Below, one piece after another: positions 24,448 through 36,710 of a stretch of 64,000 bases of DNA (positions are counted from its first letter, which is position 1; each line of letters begins with the position of its first letter). Both the position numbers and the translations under genes were made by a program. Location: positions 100,566,001 to 100,630,000 of the forward strand of contig CM059432.1 of assembly GCA_030390025.1 (NCBI GenBank), given 5' to 3'. A model generated the notes under the pieces. It was not told the origin of the DNA. It saw only the letters and a program-made list of their open reading frames with translations, and did no database searches. Source of the stretch: Squalus acanthias. Taxonomy: Eukaryota.

Positions 24448-26010
24448 CAGCAGTGAGCTGTTAGGAGAAAAGATCAAGTATCTGAAGAAATTAGGTCGAG
24501 CAATGTGAATATGTTGTGCAAAAGAGCCTTCCTCTTCCTGTCTCCCTCCCTGTCCCATCAATATTTTGGAACCCTTCAGTCTCCCCACCCCCGTCACCAA
24601 CAGAGCGAGTCAGCTGTCAGACCAATTGTATTGATAGTGAACTCACCCTTTAAGGATGTGTTATTTGGCCTTAATGATAGAACTCCACCCAAGTTGCTAT
24701 TCCCCAATGCTCCCCTTTTAATCTATAGGTGGGTGGCCAATAAATCCCAATCGCTCCCTATTGAGCATTGCTGCTCGCCTAATCTTTGACCCTATTCCAA
24801 TACTCAGCTGACCCCCAACCTGTTCAAATCATCCATGTCTCTGAATGGGCGTCTGAATGATGAAAACATCTAGCGGCAAACAAACAACTTTGTCACTCCA
24901 GCAAAATCCCCTTTCTTCAATTAGAACAGCATTTGCTGTTGCCCACACTCAAAGTGGAGACAGCTGGAAGATCCTTGCAGCAGTGTAAACACCATCAAAT
25001 GATCCCATTGCCAGCCCAAACAGGCCCTTGGCCCATTTCCCCAGAGAAAATCTGGATCTAGTAAAGGGAAGAGAAGCTCAGCTACTCCTCACTGAGGTAG
25101 TTTCTATGCCTATGCTCCTCCATCACCCTCTTTATTTTCCCTTCAGTACACTCTCTGCCTCCTCTTGTCTCCCAATCCCCCTCCCCTCTTCCCACTTTGT
25201 GTCTCCCATCCATGTTACCTTCCCCATCTTTCTCGCCTTACCCTGAATGGGTCCAATTATCCCTGCCCTCTGACCCTGATTGTCCTGAATACTGCACTTG
25301 GTCTTGACTGCCCATGTGCTGTGTCATAACATCAACAGTATGGGTTTTGAGATGCATCCATCACACTGGCATATGCGCAAAGTACATGTCACACAAAAAA
25401 ATCCTGATTACCTCAAATTTACCACTCACTTAATGTGCATTTGGTTTGTGACCACGCCCAGGGCTTCCTATTGTCAATGCTCACTATCCTGGCAGCAGCC
25501 AGGATTCCTTCATCCTGTGTCAGTCCAGTGTGCCAGCAATATTCCAGCGATCACATTAAGCTTGAGGGTGGCTGCTTGGAGACCAGGGCTATCTGCTCTC
25601 CACCTGGCTCATAACTCCCCTCCGCAACTCCAACACTCGTGCCCAGCCCTCCAGTACTCGCCAGAGTGAGTGTCCCATTTCGTGGTGGTCTGCTGCATGC
25701 TCCACAACTTTGCCATCATGAGGGCGTAGCACTTGCCACCAGGGATTGTGGGACCACCTCAGGAGGAGGAAGAGGAATAGGAGCAAGAGGAAGAGCACGA
25801 GCAGGGAGGGAGGAGGCAGGCAGGCAATCCCTCTTCCCGACGAGCTGTCCATGAATGCCTTATCAGACTCCAAATGGAACCCCAGATCCCCATTGCTCAT
25901 CACATCCCCATCAACCACATCCCCATCATACCATCCCTCTGTCACGGAATATCACAGCGTCCTGGGCACAAAGCTGAAATGAGAGACACCACAAACGATT
26001 CCAAACAAAA

Positions 26011-26026
26011 TTAATAAATTTATTAA
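26011..26026. terminator. Palindromic bidirectional polyadenylation signal between convergent Harbinger genes
   Basis: ttaataaatttattaa is a perfect 16-bp palindrome with AATAAA on both strands, about 36 bp past the Myb ORF stop. Confidence 0.55.
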
Positions 26027-26062
26027 AAATCAATTCACACATATTTACTGTATAAATATGAA

Positions 26063-28653
26063 CTAATCATCCTTGTGCAATCCCTTAGCGCCTGTTGTTC
26101 GGGTGCCCTTTCCTGTCCTATTACTCCTACGAAGTGCTCCCCCAGTGCCTGCAGCATGGCTGGTGGAAGACTGCTGAGTTTCCATGGGGGAGCCTTCAAA
26201 TGGTCTTGCAGGACGACCTCGAGAAGCTCTGGCCCCAGAAGGCCCAGCTGCAGACTGCACCACCCCGGCATGGATGGCAGCAGTCTGGGCTGGCTGGCTG
26301 ATAGGCAGCGACAAGGGCAATGGCGGAGTGGCAGTGGTGGGAACAGGAATGCTGTCATCCTCGAAGAAGACAGCAGAGTTCTGCTCCACTGACCCACTGC
26401 CACTTTCCTGGGGTGGCGCCTCAGCATTTCTAGCAATCTGCTCGAGCACAGATTGCTGGGCTGCTGTGACACCCTGCAAGCCCCAGTCGACAGTGGTAAG
26501 CCTGGCCACGATGGCAGCAGTCTGAGCTTGGGTGGCATCAAGCTGAGACTGCATGAGAGCGGTCTGCGCTTCCGCTGCAGCACTAAGACATTGGGTCACT
26601 TCCGCCTGTGCTGCAATGGCAGCCGCGACATCGCCCATCACACACAGCATCATGTCTGGGTCGACACGGGTCTCTTCGGGAATCTTCCATCATTTCCAGC
26701 CTGGAAATCATGGGCACCAAGCTCTGTGCAGTGCCCCATGCAATGTTGGAGGTGGACTCCTCCATGCTGCTTGACATTGCCAGGCTTGCCATTGCACCTA
26801 GCAATTCGGTGTGCATGCCCATCACCCTTCTTCTGAAGGCCGCACCATCGAGGTGCTCATTTGAGTCCTGTGCAGGAGAACTCACCCTCCGGGGAGCTGG
26901 CCTCCGAGCTACCCTTTCCCCCTGGCCTTGCTGCAGCCCACTCGTGCCTGGTGCCTCACCCTGTGCAGATCCCGCTACTACACTAGCCTCTAAAGTACGC
27001 GTAGTGCCAGTTTCTGAGCTGGTGTCTGCGAGTGACAGATGCAGTGATGCTGTGACTTCTTCTTCTTGGGTGGACCTGGGTGTCCTTGTACACCAGTCGC
27101 TGAAGGTAAGCATGCAGGTGCAGCAGGCGGTTAAGAAGGCAAATGGTATGTTGGCCTTCATAGCGAGAGGATTCGAGTACAGGAGCAAGGATGTCTTGCT
27201 GCAGTTGTACAGGGCCTTGGTGAGACCACACCTTGAATATTGTGTGCAGTTTTGGTCGCCTTATCTGAGGAAGGATGTTCTTGCCATGGAGGGAGTGCAG
27301 TGAAGATTCACCAGACTGATACCTGGGATGGCAGGAATGACCGTATGAAGAGAGATTGGGTCGATTAGGCTTATATTCGCTAGAGTTTAGAAGAATGAGA
27401 GGGGATCTCATTGAAACTTATAAAATTCTAACAGGACTAGACAGACTAGATGCAGGAAGGATGTTCCCGATGGCGAGGGAGTCCAGAACCAGGGGTCACA
27501 GACTAAAGATAAGGGGTAAGCCATTTAGGACTGAGATGAGGAGGAATTTCTTCACCCAGAGAGTGGTGAACCTGTGGAATTCTCTCCCACAGAAGACAGT
27601 TGAGGCCAATTCATTAAATATATTCAAGAAGGAGTTAGATATATTTCTTAAGGCTAAGGGGATCAAGGGATATGGGGAGAAAGCAGGGACAGGGTACTGA
27701 ATTTGGATGATCAGCCATGATCACATTGCATGGCGGAGCAGGCTCGAGGGGCCGAATGGCCTACTCCTGCTCCTATCTTCTATGTTTCTATGTTTCTTCT
27801 TCTTCTCCCCACTCGCTCTCTTGCATCGCCTCAGGGACAGGCTGCTCCAGTCTTTGTTGTTGATTATCTGAAAGCAGAAAGGCACAAGAGTTAGGTTATG
27901 GTGAGGGGAGGGGAGGGGAGGGGGGAAGCAAGATATGCATGCATACAGCATCAGTAGCTTGAAAGTGAGAAGAGATTGTGGGATAAGTGGGATGTGAGAA
28001 GAAGGATTAGGAATGACCATACCATTGTTGTCCCCAAGGGGTTCAACCTCGTCGGTTGCCACGGCCTCTACGATCTGCCACCCAATTATGTCCAGAACTT
28101 TCTCCCCCAGCTGGCTGAGGTCGTGGATGTCAGCTTGCCCCACCGCCTGTCTGTTGCTGCTCCCTCCTGTTATGCACGACCTTGGCCTGCAAGAGAAAGA
28201 GAAGTGTGTGAGTGAGTGTGGAGCAATGTGTTTGAATGATGTGCATGCCATAGTTGAATAGCTGTCAGTCTGTGTAAGATGTGAGGTTGTGAGAGTGAAG
28301 TGAAGCTATGATTGTGAGGTGCGAGTGTTGATATGTAGAGATTGTTGACAGGTGAGTACTGGGGGTGTGGTGCATTGAGCAGTGTGTGAGGCTTGTGGTG
28401 CAGATGGTGGGATATGGCATTTGCTGAGCCTTCACTCATCTTGACCACTCGTGTGAGGTCATTAAACCTTTATCGGCACTGGATGGCCGACCTTGGCACC
28501 ATAGTGCTGGCTGTCACATGGGCGGCTATCTCCTGCCACAGCCTTCGGGAGGTGTGTGGCAAGGGCTTCCTTCCTCTCCATGGCCACAACTAGTGCCTCC
28601 AGAGCTGCGTCAGAAAATCTCTGGGCTCTCTCCCTTTGAGGACGTTCCGCCAT
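26063..28653 (-). pseudogene. Harbinger Myb/SANT-like gene remnant; exons about 28440-28653, 28023-28186 and 26063-27867
   Basis: Acceptors tctcttgcag (28187) and ctgctttcag (27868), donor ATG|gtatgg (28022). Exon 2 has a 1-bp frameshift and exon 3 is split by a CR1. Confidence 0.75.
27067..27796 (+). mobile_element. CR1 LINE 3' fragment inserted into Harbinger H3
   Basis: DLGVLVHQSLKV...GYGEKAGTGY, (ttctatgt) tail; ttcttcttct on both sides (27057-27066 and 27797-27806). Confidence 0.93.
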
Positions 28654-29056
28654 GGCTTTGCAGTTCATTCTTGTTGTTGCTGTTCTTCTTCTTCCAGTTG
28701 CAGTTCCAACTGGCTTGACAATGAGGTGCTGTAGCATTCGTGCACCTCCCCGTTAAGTACTGAATATAGCCTGTTCAACACATGACTGGGAATTAAACTG
28801 CCCCTGATATTGGTCGACCTGTTGAGCGTTAAGCCAATGAGCAGCAGTTTTAGCACTGAAATCAAGGCTATAATCATGTTAATGAGGACTGAGCACGAAT
28901 TTTGCATGCTACCTCGACCATTTTGAGGTGGTGCAGCTTAACATCATTAGGCCTTAACTCTGCCTGTTTCGTGGCTATATCCAATTTCTAGGCCTTTGTC
29001 ACTATCTACTTACTTCACTATCTCTCATCACTTCTCTTACAAACTTCTATTATTTC

Positions 29057-29135
29057 CCATCTTTTGGATGAGATGTTAAACTAAGGTCCCAACTGCCCTC
29101 TTAGGTGAATGTAAAACAGCAATATCCGAAGAAGA
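29057..29135 (+). mobile_element. DeuSINE central-domain remnant
   Basis: ggatgagatgttaaactaaggtcccaactgccctcttaggtgaatgtaaaa resembles the reverse complement of 55840-55890. Confidence 0.55.
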
Positions 29136-29179
29136 CTGGTGGAGAATGAAATTTGATTTTCACAATGTTAGTAATATAT

Positions 29180-29885
29180 GGGCCCCGATAATAACTGCGA
29201 GGTGTGTTTGGAGTGGGGGCATGCGATTTTGGGTGGGAAACCTGGAAGAACTTCTAGTGCGTTGGTCTGTGGCATTTTAACGCAGCCACCTAATTAGAAT
29301 ATTACTTCCGGGTTTGGCGCCGAATGCAGGGCAGCGGGCATGGTGCGACCCGCATGACGCGATCTCAACTAAAGTATCTGAAGGGCCAATTCAAAGATGG
29401 AATTTGGAAGAGTTAGAGTTTGAACAAAGATAGGGAGCAGTTTCATCATGGATTAAGGACAGTCAAGGGCTGCGCCTTGATTTAACGACGCATCGCTTGA
29501 TGCATTGCTGGGTGCAGTGAAGTGTTGGGGAAAGATACTGTTCCCTGGCAATGGAAGGAAGAAACCTACTGCTGCAACAAAGAAGGAGTGGATGGAGGTG
29601 GCCGAGAAGGTCAGCAGCAGGAACACTGTACCACGTTCCTGGCTTCAGTGCAGGAAGCACTGTAATGATCTAACCAGGTCAGGAAATGTGAGTACAGTTT
29701 CACATTCACCTACATCTTGTTGTAAACATCACCCCATGCCTCCCTCTGCCTTGTCAAAGCCTACACCATCACATCACTCCTCACACCGACTTACCTCGCA
29801 AGCGCACCCATCGTCTCCTTCTATGCAATCCTTACATCCCCATCTATCCATCCACTACTGCCACTCACCCTGATCCTCATGCAAT
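29180..29885 (+). mobile_element. Harbinger fragment of a second family with Myb/SANT exon 1
   Basis: FNDASLDALLGAV...KKEWMEVAEKVSSRNTVPRSWLQCRKHCNDLTRSG followed by gtgagt; in-frame stops upstream. Confidence 0.75.
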
Positions 29886-30000
29886 TTCAAGTAAGAATTC
29901 CAAAGTAGGAATGCATTGCATTAAGATTCTGAAGATTTCTACAGTTTTCTAAAATGTCAGTACTGATTTTACAATGGAAAGTAAAATCAGGCAGCATGTA

Positions 30001-31526
30001 AAACATAAGAACATAAGAAAAAGGAGCAGGAATAGGCCACTTGGCCCCTCGAGCCTGTTCCACCATTCAGTAAGATCATGGCTGATCTTGGGCTCAAAGC
30101 CACTTCCCAGCCTGCTCCCCATAACCCTTCATTCCCTTATCTTGCAAAAATCTGTCTATCTCCACCTTAAATGTATTTAATGACCCAGCCTCCACAGCGC
30201 TCTGGGGCAGAGAATTCCACAGATTTACGACCCTCTGAGAGAAGAAATTCCTTCTCATCTCAGTTCTAAAAGGGCGACCATTTATTCTGAAACTATGCCC
30301 CCGAGTTCTAGATTCCCCCACGAGGGGAAACATCCTCCTGCATCTACCTTGTCGAGCCCCCTCAGTATCTTATATATTTCAATAAGATCACCTCTCATTC
30401 TTCTAAATTCCAATGAGTATAGGCCAAGCCTACTCAACCTTTCCTCATAAGTCAACCCCCTCATCTCTGGAATTAACCTAGTGAACTGTCTCTGAACTGC
30501 CTCCAATGCAAGTATATCCTTCTTAAATAAGGAGACCAAAACTGTACGCAGTACTCAAGGTGTGGTCTCACCAATACCCTGTACAGTTGTAGCAGGAGTT
30601 CCCTGCTTTTATACTCCAACCCCCTTGAAATAAAGGCCAACATTCCATTTGCCTTTTTGATTACTTGCTGTACCTGCATGCTAACTTTTTGTGTTTCATG
30701 CACAAGGACCCCCAGGTCCCTCTGAACTGTAGCATTTTGTAATCTCTCTCCATTTAAATAATAGTTTGCTTTTTTATTTTTCCTGCCGAAGTGGATAACC
30801 TCGCACTTTCCCACATTATACTCCATCTGCCAAATGTTTGCCCACTCACTTAGCCTGTCTATATCCCTTTGCAGATTCTTTGAATCCTCTGCACAACTTC
30901 CCACCCACCTTTGTATCATCCGCAAACTTGGCTACATTACACTCGGTCCCTTCATCCAAGTCATTAATGTAGATTGTAAATAGTTGAGGCCGCAGCACCG
31001 ATCCCTGTGGCACCCCACTAGTTACCGTTTGCCAACCGGAAAATGACCCCTTTATCCCGACCCTCTGCTTTTTGTTACTTAGCCAATTCTCTATCCATGC
31101 TAATATATTACCCCCAATTCCGTGAGCTCTTATTTTATGTAGTAACCTTTTATGTGGCACCTTATCGAATGCCTTCTGGAAATCCAAATATACCACATCC
31201 ACTGGCTCACCTTTGTCCACCCTACTCGTAACATCCTCAAAGAACTCCAGCAAATTTGTTAAACCATGCTGACTCTGCTTGACTGCATTATGATTTTCCA
31301 AATGCCCAGCTACTGCTTCCTTAATGAAGGACTCCAGCATTTTCCCAATGACAGATGTTAGGCTAACTGGTCTATAGTTTCCTGCTTTCTGTCTCCCTCC
31401 TTTCTTAAATAGGGGTGTTACATTTGCGGTTTTCCAATCCGCTGGGACCTCTCCAGAGTCCAGGGAACCTTGGTATATTGCAACCAATGCATCCACTATC
31501 TCTGCAGCCACTTCTTTTAAGACCCT
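30001..31526 (-). mobile_element. CR1 LINE, 5'-truncated ORF2 plus tail
   Basis: [35 protein letters not shown] and KFADDTK; (aacataag) tail. Confidence 0.95.
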
Positions 31527-31680
31527 GGCACAGGCAGGTGATCTGATTGTGCCACTTCCCCACCGGGGGAATTAGGTTAACATGACCCCTAATTGAGTCA
31601 GAAACTAATTTGTTTCATTTAGACTAAGATCATTCATCAGCTGGAATGGAAGGGAAAGCGATATCTGAACTTCTTTTGTT

Positions 31681-32350
31681 ATAAGAACATAAGAAATAGG
31701 AGCAGGAGTAGGCCAATCGGCCCTTCAAGCCTGCTCCGCCATTCAATAAGATCATGGCTGATCTGATCCTCACCTCAAATCTAAAGAACACAAGAAGTAG
31801 GAGCAGGACCCGGCCACTCAGCCCCTGGGCCCGCTACGCCACCCACAGGGCCTCGACCGATCCGAACTCAGCCTCATGTCCAATTTCCTGCCCGCTCCCC
31901 GTAACCACTAATTCCCTTTACTTCTAGGAAACTGTCTATTTCTGTTTTAAATTTATTTAATGATGTAGCTTCCACAGCTTCCTGGGGCAGCAAATTCCAC
32001 AGACCTACTACCCTCTGAGTGAAGAAGTTTCTCCTCATCTCAGTTTTGAAAGAACAGCCCCTTATTCTAAGATTATGCCCCCTAGTTCTAGTTTCACCCA
32101 TCCTTGGGAACATCCTTACCGCATCCACCCGATCAAGCCCCTTCACAATCTTATATGTTTCAATAAGATCGCCTCTCATTCTTCTGAACTCCAATGAGTA
32201 GAGTCCCAATCTACTCAACCTCTCCTCATATGTCCACCCCCTCATCCCGGGGATTAACCGAGTGAACCTTCTTTGTACTGCCTCGAGAGCAAGTATGTCT
32301 TTTCTTAAGTATGGACACCAAAACTGTATGCAGTATTCCAGATGCGGTCT
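31681..32350 (-). mobile_element. CR1 LINE 3' fragment with tandemly duplicated 3' UTR
   Basis: ORF 31874-32245, then two successive tail units (about 31784-31875 and 31683-31781). Confidence 0.92.
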
Positions 32351-32429
32351 ATTATTATACTATTAGAAAAGCACAAGTTTGGATAGAAAGGAATAAAAAT
32401 CTCATAGCCACAGTAGTTTATGGAAGGTA

Positions 32430-32715
32430 TTAAATATAAGATCGTCAGCAATAAATCCAATACGGAATTCAGGAGAAACTTCTTTACCCAGAGAGTGGTT
32501 AGAACGTAGGACACGCTATCACAAGGAGTAGTTGAGGTGAATAGCATCGAGGCATTTAAGGGGAAGCTAGATAAGCACACGAGGGAGAAATGAATAGAAG
32601 GTTACGCTGATAGAGTTAGATGAAGAGGGGTGGGAGTAGGCTAACGTGGAGCATAAACACTGGCACAGACCAGTTGGGCCAAATGGCCTGTTTCTGTGCT
32701 GTACATTTTATGTAA
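32430..32715 (+). mobile_element. CR1 3' end fragment
   Basis: Homologous to 22480-22775. Confidence 0.85.
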
Positions 32716-33744
32716 GGATTGCTGCTAAAAACAGAGAACACGTAGATTTTCCTTCTGCCCTCTCGGTGCCAGTTAGTGTGTGGCTCCAGGAGAATAGAGG
32801 CAAAAAAAATTAAGGAAAAATAGAAAATTTATCCTCAAATTGGAAATAAATTCATCAGACAGTATGTAGAGCTTGAACTGCCAATGACTCAAAAGGTCAT
32901 TCTTTGGGATATGAGAAATCTAATCAAATACATATCGGAATGTACAACGTAACTTAATACAGCCAAGTTCTAAGTTAAAGTCTCACAATCGGGCAGAAAC
33001 CACAACCCGATCTCCGAATATGTTGCTCTAAAATGTACACAACATATTATTCTCTCTAACAGACCAATTTCCCACATCATGCAAATACTTACCCCATCAA
33101 AACAATCGAACATACTTCCATTGAGCAAATAAAAGTATTTCTAGGAGCCTGCAATTGGAGGAGTGCAAAAGGAGATTTGTGATGAGAATGTATTTTTTAA
33201 GAATTTAAAATCCCATTTAAGCTAACAAGCCCATTTTTTTTGATTCTCACTTGATCTAACCACCTTTTCATCACATCACTCAATCCCTTGTTCTCAACTG
33301 ACATATATTTAATTGCCCCTTGAACCTATTTATACTAAACACTTCAATAACCTTGCATCTTTCCACATTATTTGCTCTGTCTACAGTTTTGATATTACCT
33401 GAAACGTGGAGATTTTGCTTTTGCCCTTGTCTAAATCAGCCAGGAAAGTCAATAAGGTGACTGTAACCAATATGTTAATTTTGCATAATTCATTTAATTG
33501 CCCAAGTCCTTTGTCAATAGGATTAAGTTGACTCATCTAGACATTGAGGAGGGTGCCAATTCATTCATATTCAATTCAACAGTCTTAAGGCACTCCAGCA
33601 TTTCATTTATTCAGCCGAGAAAATGTATATAAGGTCCTTTGAAGGATTTTAAATTGACTGTCTATTATCAACAAAGCTAATCAAATTTGTGACAAAAGTA
33701 ATTAAATACAGGAGTACATCAAGAATATGTGGCTATAAGATGAA

Positions 33745-34343
33745 ACCAAAACATAGTAATGAATAATCAGCATGGATTTCAAAAGGGAACGTCTTGCTTG
33801 ACCAACCTCATTGAATTTTTTGAAGAGGTAACAGGGAGAGTAGACAATGGTAATGCAGTAGATGTAATTTATCTGGATTTTCAAAAGGCCTTTGAAAAAG
33901 TACCACACAATAAACTGATGAACAAGGTCAGAGAATGTGGAGTCAGGGGACAAGTAGCAGAATGGATAGCTAGCTGGCTTCAAGACAGAAAGCAGAGAGT
34001 AGGGGTAAAGGGTAGCTATTCAGAGTGGCAGAAGGTGGGTAGTGGTGTTCCACAAGGATCAGTGCTGGGACCACTGTTGTTCACAATCTATATTAACGAT
34101 TTAGACTTTGGAATCAAAAACACAATTTCTAAATTTGCGGATGACACTAAATTGGGGGGGGGGGGTATTCAATACTGAGGAGGACTGCAACAAATTACAG
34201 GAGGACATTAATAAACTTGCAGAATGGGCATATAATTGGCAAATGAAGTTCAACACAGATAAATGTGAGGTATTACATTTTGGTAGGAAGAATAGGGAGG
34301 TCACTTATTACTTGGAGGGTGCGAGTCTCGGTGGGATAGAGGT
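33745..34343 (+). mobile_element. CR1 reverse transcriptase fragment
   Basis: ORF 33759-34178 has [21 protein letters not shown] and KFADDTKLG. Confidence 0.93.
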
Positions 34344-35292
34344 TTAGCCAATGTTCATGTGAAGTTTCTGGTAATGTGCTGTCAAACATTGAAACCTTTA
34401 TTTTCAGCACTTTGCGTTCTTGGATGGTACTCCCCCCCCCCCCCCCCCCCACCACACCCACTAACATGTGTGAAAGGAATGTCTTGGGCATTGTAGGGAG
34501 GTTTTATGGTGTTGGTATGGGGTGGTGCCAACCTGGCGCATCATGTGGCATCCAGGGTGTACAATGTCAAGTGAAGTAAATCTGGCAATGGTGAGGCCAT
34601 CCCTGGCATCCCGGGCAGCAATGTGGTCGGGTGCTGATGCCGTGTCCAGTGCAGCATCAGTTGATTGCGGAGAAGGCTGATGGTGTTGTTGTTGCTGCAG
34701 GTGTGCCCGGTGATGCTGGTGCTGGGGCTGATCTTGGTGGGATTCTGAGGACCAAGGTGAGATATTTTCAAGGGCAACGATGCTGATGGATTAGATGGCA
34801 GGTGAGCTTGAGATGACAGAAGCGATCTGTCAATGGTGAGAGAGGTTGTTCCAATGAGGTGGCACTGGATAGAGCGTTTGCTCTAAACACTAGCACGCTG
34901 CAGAAAGCTCAATATGTCTTCCAAATGCAGTAACCAACAGTTTCTGAGCTTTGAAAGTGAACAGCTGTAACACGGGATCTTTTATACAACTTTGGCAGCT
35001 GTCAGGTCATGAGATAATTCAATGCTGAATCCACTCACGACATGTTGAGCTGACGTGTTCCCCAAGCAGTGGGTAACCCATGGGGGAGCACGTAAAATTC
35101 AACTGTAGGCTTAAAATAACAGTTAACTGGATGTTAACAACCCATTTAATGATGTGAATTTTCTCCCCCGCCGCTTGGTGTCGGGTCTGTTCAGCGTGGA
35201 GGCGGGTTGACAGCGGGTTCCCTACCCGCTGTCAATCTTTGCTATTTTAACAGCGGACCCGCCTCCGAACCCGCTGACAAAATTCAGCTCCC
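34344..35292 (-). mobile_element. Probable degenerate DNA-transposon (Harbinger-like) end
   Basis: GC-rich terminal region with repeated acccgc/gcgggt motifs ending aaaattcagctccc. No clear partner TIR. Confidence 0.4.
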
Positions 35293-35658
35293 TGTCTCTA
35301 CAATCATCTCCAACTCCCCATTCTTCTCACTCTGGCCTTTTCTGCACTCCCACCCCACCTCGTCCAATCATTGGTAGTAGGGCCTTTACCTGCCTGTGTC
35401 AACGGATTGAAAATCCCTCTTTAAACTGCTCCAACTCTGCGCCTCCCTTTCCTCCTTTATAGACTTTCTCAAAACAACTTTCTTTTACCAGCATCAGCAT
35501 CTGTTTTCCTTACACCTATCTGTAGAGTGCCTGTGGAGTGCCTTGAGGTCAATCACATTGGAAGGACAAATAGAAAACAGAATATTTTTTAAATGGTGAG
35601 AAACTATTAAATGTTGGTGTTCAGAGGGATTTGGGTGTCCTTGTACAGGAAACAGAGA

Positions 35659-36710
35659 GGGCTGGATTTTACCGTTTCCCACCCGCACGGTGCGCGGGGG
35701 ACCCAAGAGATGGCAGGAAACCCAGAAGTTCAGGTTTCCCAGCATGCTGTGGTCGGGAACAGCGTGCATGCGACATAAAGGGCGGGTTTCCCGCCCAAAA
35801 GTCAGCCTGATCGACAGGCTGGCTTCCAGTTGTGTGGGGAACGCAGACCAGGAAGCCACAGGACAAGGTAGGTGCTGGGCCCAGGATGGTGGGGGGGTTT
35901 CCATCCCGTTGTGGGGGGCGGGCGGGGGAGGGTGTCCGATCCCTGACCCCGGTGGTGGGGGCAGGGGTTGAGATCGATCCCCAGGTGGGGTACTATCCCC
36001 GACCCCGGGGCTGAGTCGTGATCCCCAGGGTGAGTCCGAACCCCGACCCCGGGAGGTGCGGGCTGCTGGTGGGGGAGCTTGGGGGGCCTGGAGGAAGCAC
36101 TCCTGGTCCTCCTGGCCCACAAGGATTGCTCCCCGAGGCTGTGACCGCCTCGTTGCAGCTACCAGGAATCCAGAGCCCCAGGATCCCCGGCCACCTGCAG
36201 TAAAACCTGCAAAGCAGATTAAAGTAGAGGTTTCAGGCCTCATTAAGAACATAAGAACATAAGAAATAGGAGCAGGAGTAGGCCAATTGGCCCCTCGAGC
36301 CTGCTCCGCCATTCAATAAGATCATGGCTGATCTGATCCTAACCGCCAATCTACTATCACAGAACCATCTCCTGAACCTAACAGAACTGGACACGAAATA
36401 GGAGCAGGATCAGGCTACACGGCCCCTGGGCCCGCTACGCTACCCACAGGGCCATTACCGATCCGAACCTAGACTCACGTCCAAATTCCTGCCCGCTCCC
36501 CGTAACCCTTAATTCCCTTTACTTCTAGGAAACTGTCTATTTCTGTTTTATCATATTTAAGTTGCCAACCCACCTCTTGGCAGCTGCCCCCCCGTCCCGC
36601 CTGAGTGAAAGGTGAAAGTAGCGGGTTGGGGTCGAGTTATATATTTATACAACTTTCAATTCCCCCCCTCGCATCTAACCCACCTCTTTTCTCCTGTGAA
36701 AATTCTGGCC
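35659..36710. mobile_element. Harbinger-type MITE (family M3)
   Basis: TIRs gggctggatttt / aaaattctggcc with AGA on both sides; the interrupted CR1 rejoins cleanly. Confidence 0.85.
36246..36550 (-). mobile_element. CR1 double-tail fragment nested in the MITE
   Basis: Homologous to 31681-31950; tta at both junctions. Confidence 0.85.

Larger units (their letters stand above)
25420..28994 (+). mobile_element. PIF/Harbinger copy H3, left end missing: HARBI1-like C-terminus (+) and three-exon Myb/SANT gene (-)
   Basis: 25420-25740 aligns to the transposase at 47599-48000 (YHSLNV..VCDH, YPGSS.D, WLLGD.GY, CCMLHN). Minus strand has MAERPQRERAQRFSDAALEALV from 28653 and C-terminal ORFs to 26063. 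Right terminus ccaatttctaggcc is homologous to the 46502 end. Confidence 0.88.

Noticed and set aside
26035..27411. Overlapping long ORFs as novel genes
   Set aside because: They are alternative frames of the GC-rich Harbinger Myb exon and the nested CR1.
29180..35292. One large Harbinger spanning both fragments
   Set aside because: No matching TIR/TSD pair, and unrelated AT-rich DNA intervenes.
35494..36312. 272-aa Pro/Gly-rich ORF
   Set aside because: It spans a CR1 tail, a MITE and a CR1; stop-poor GC-rich sequence with no domain.
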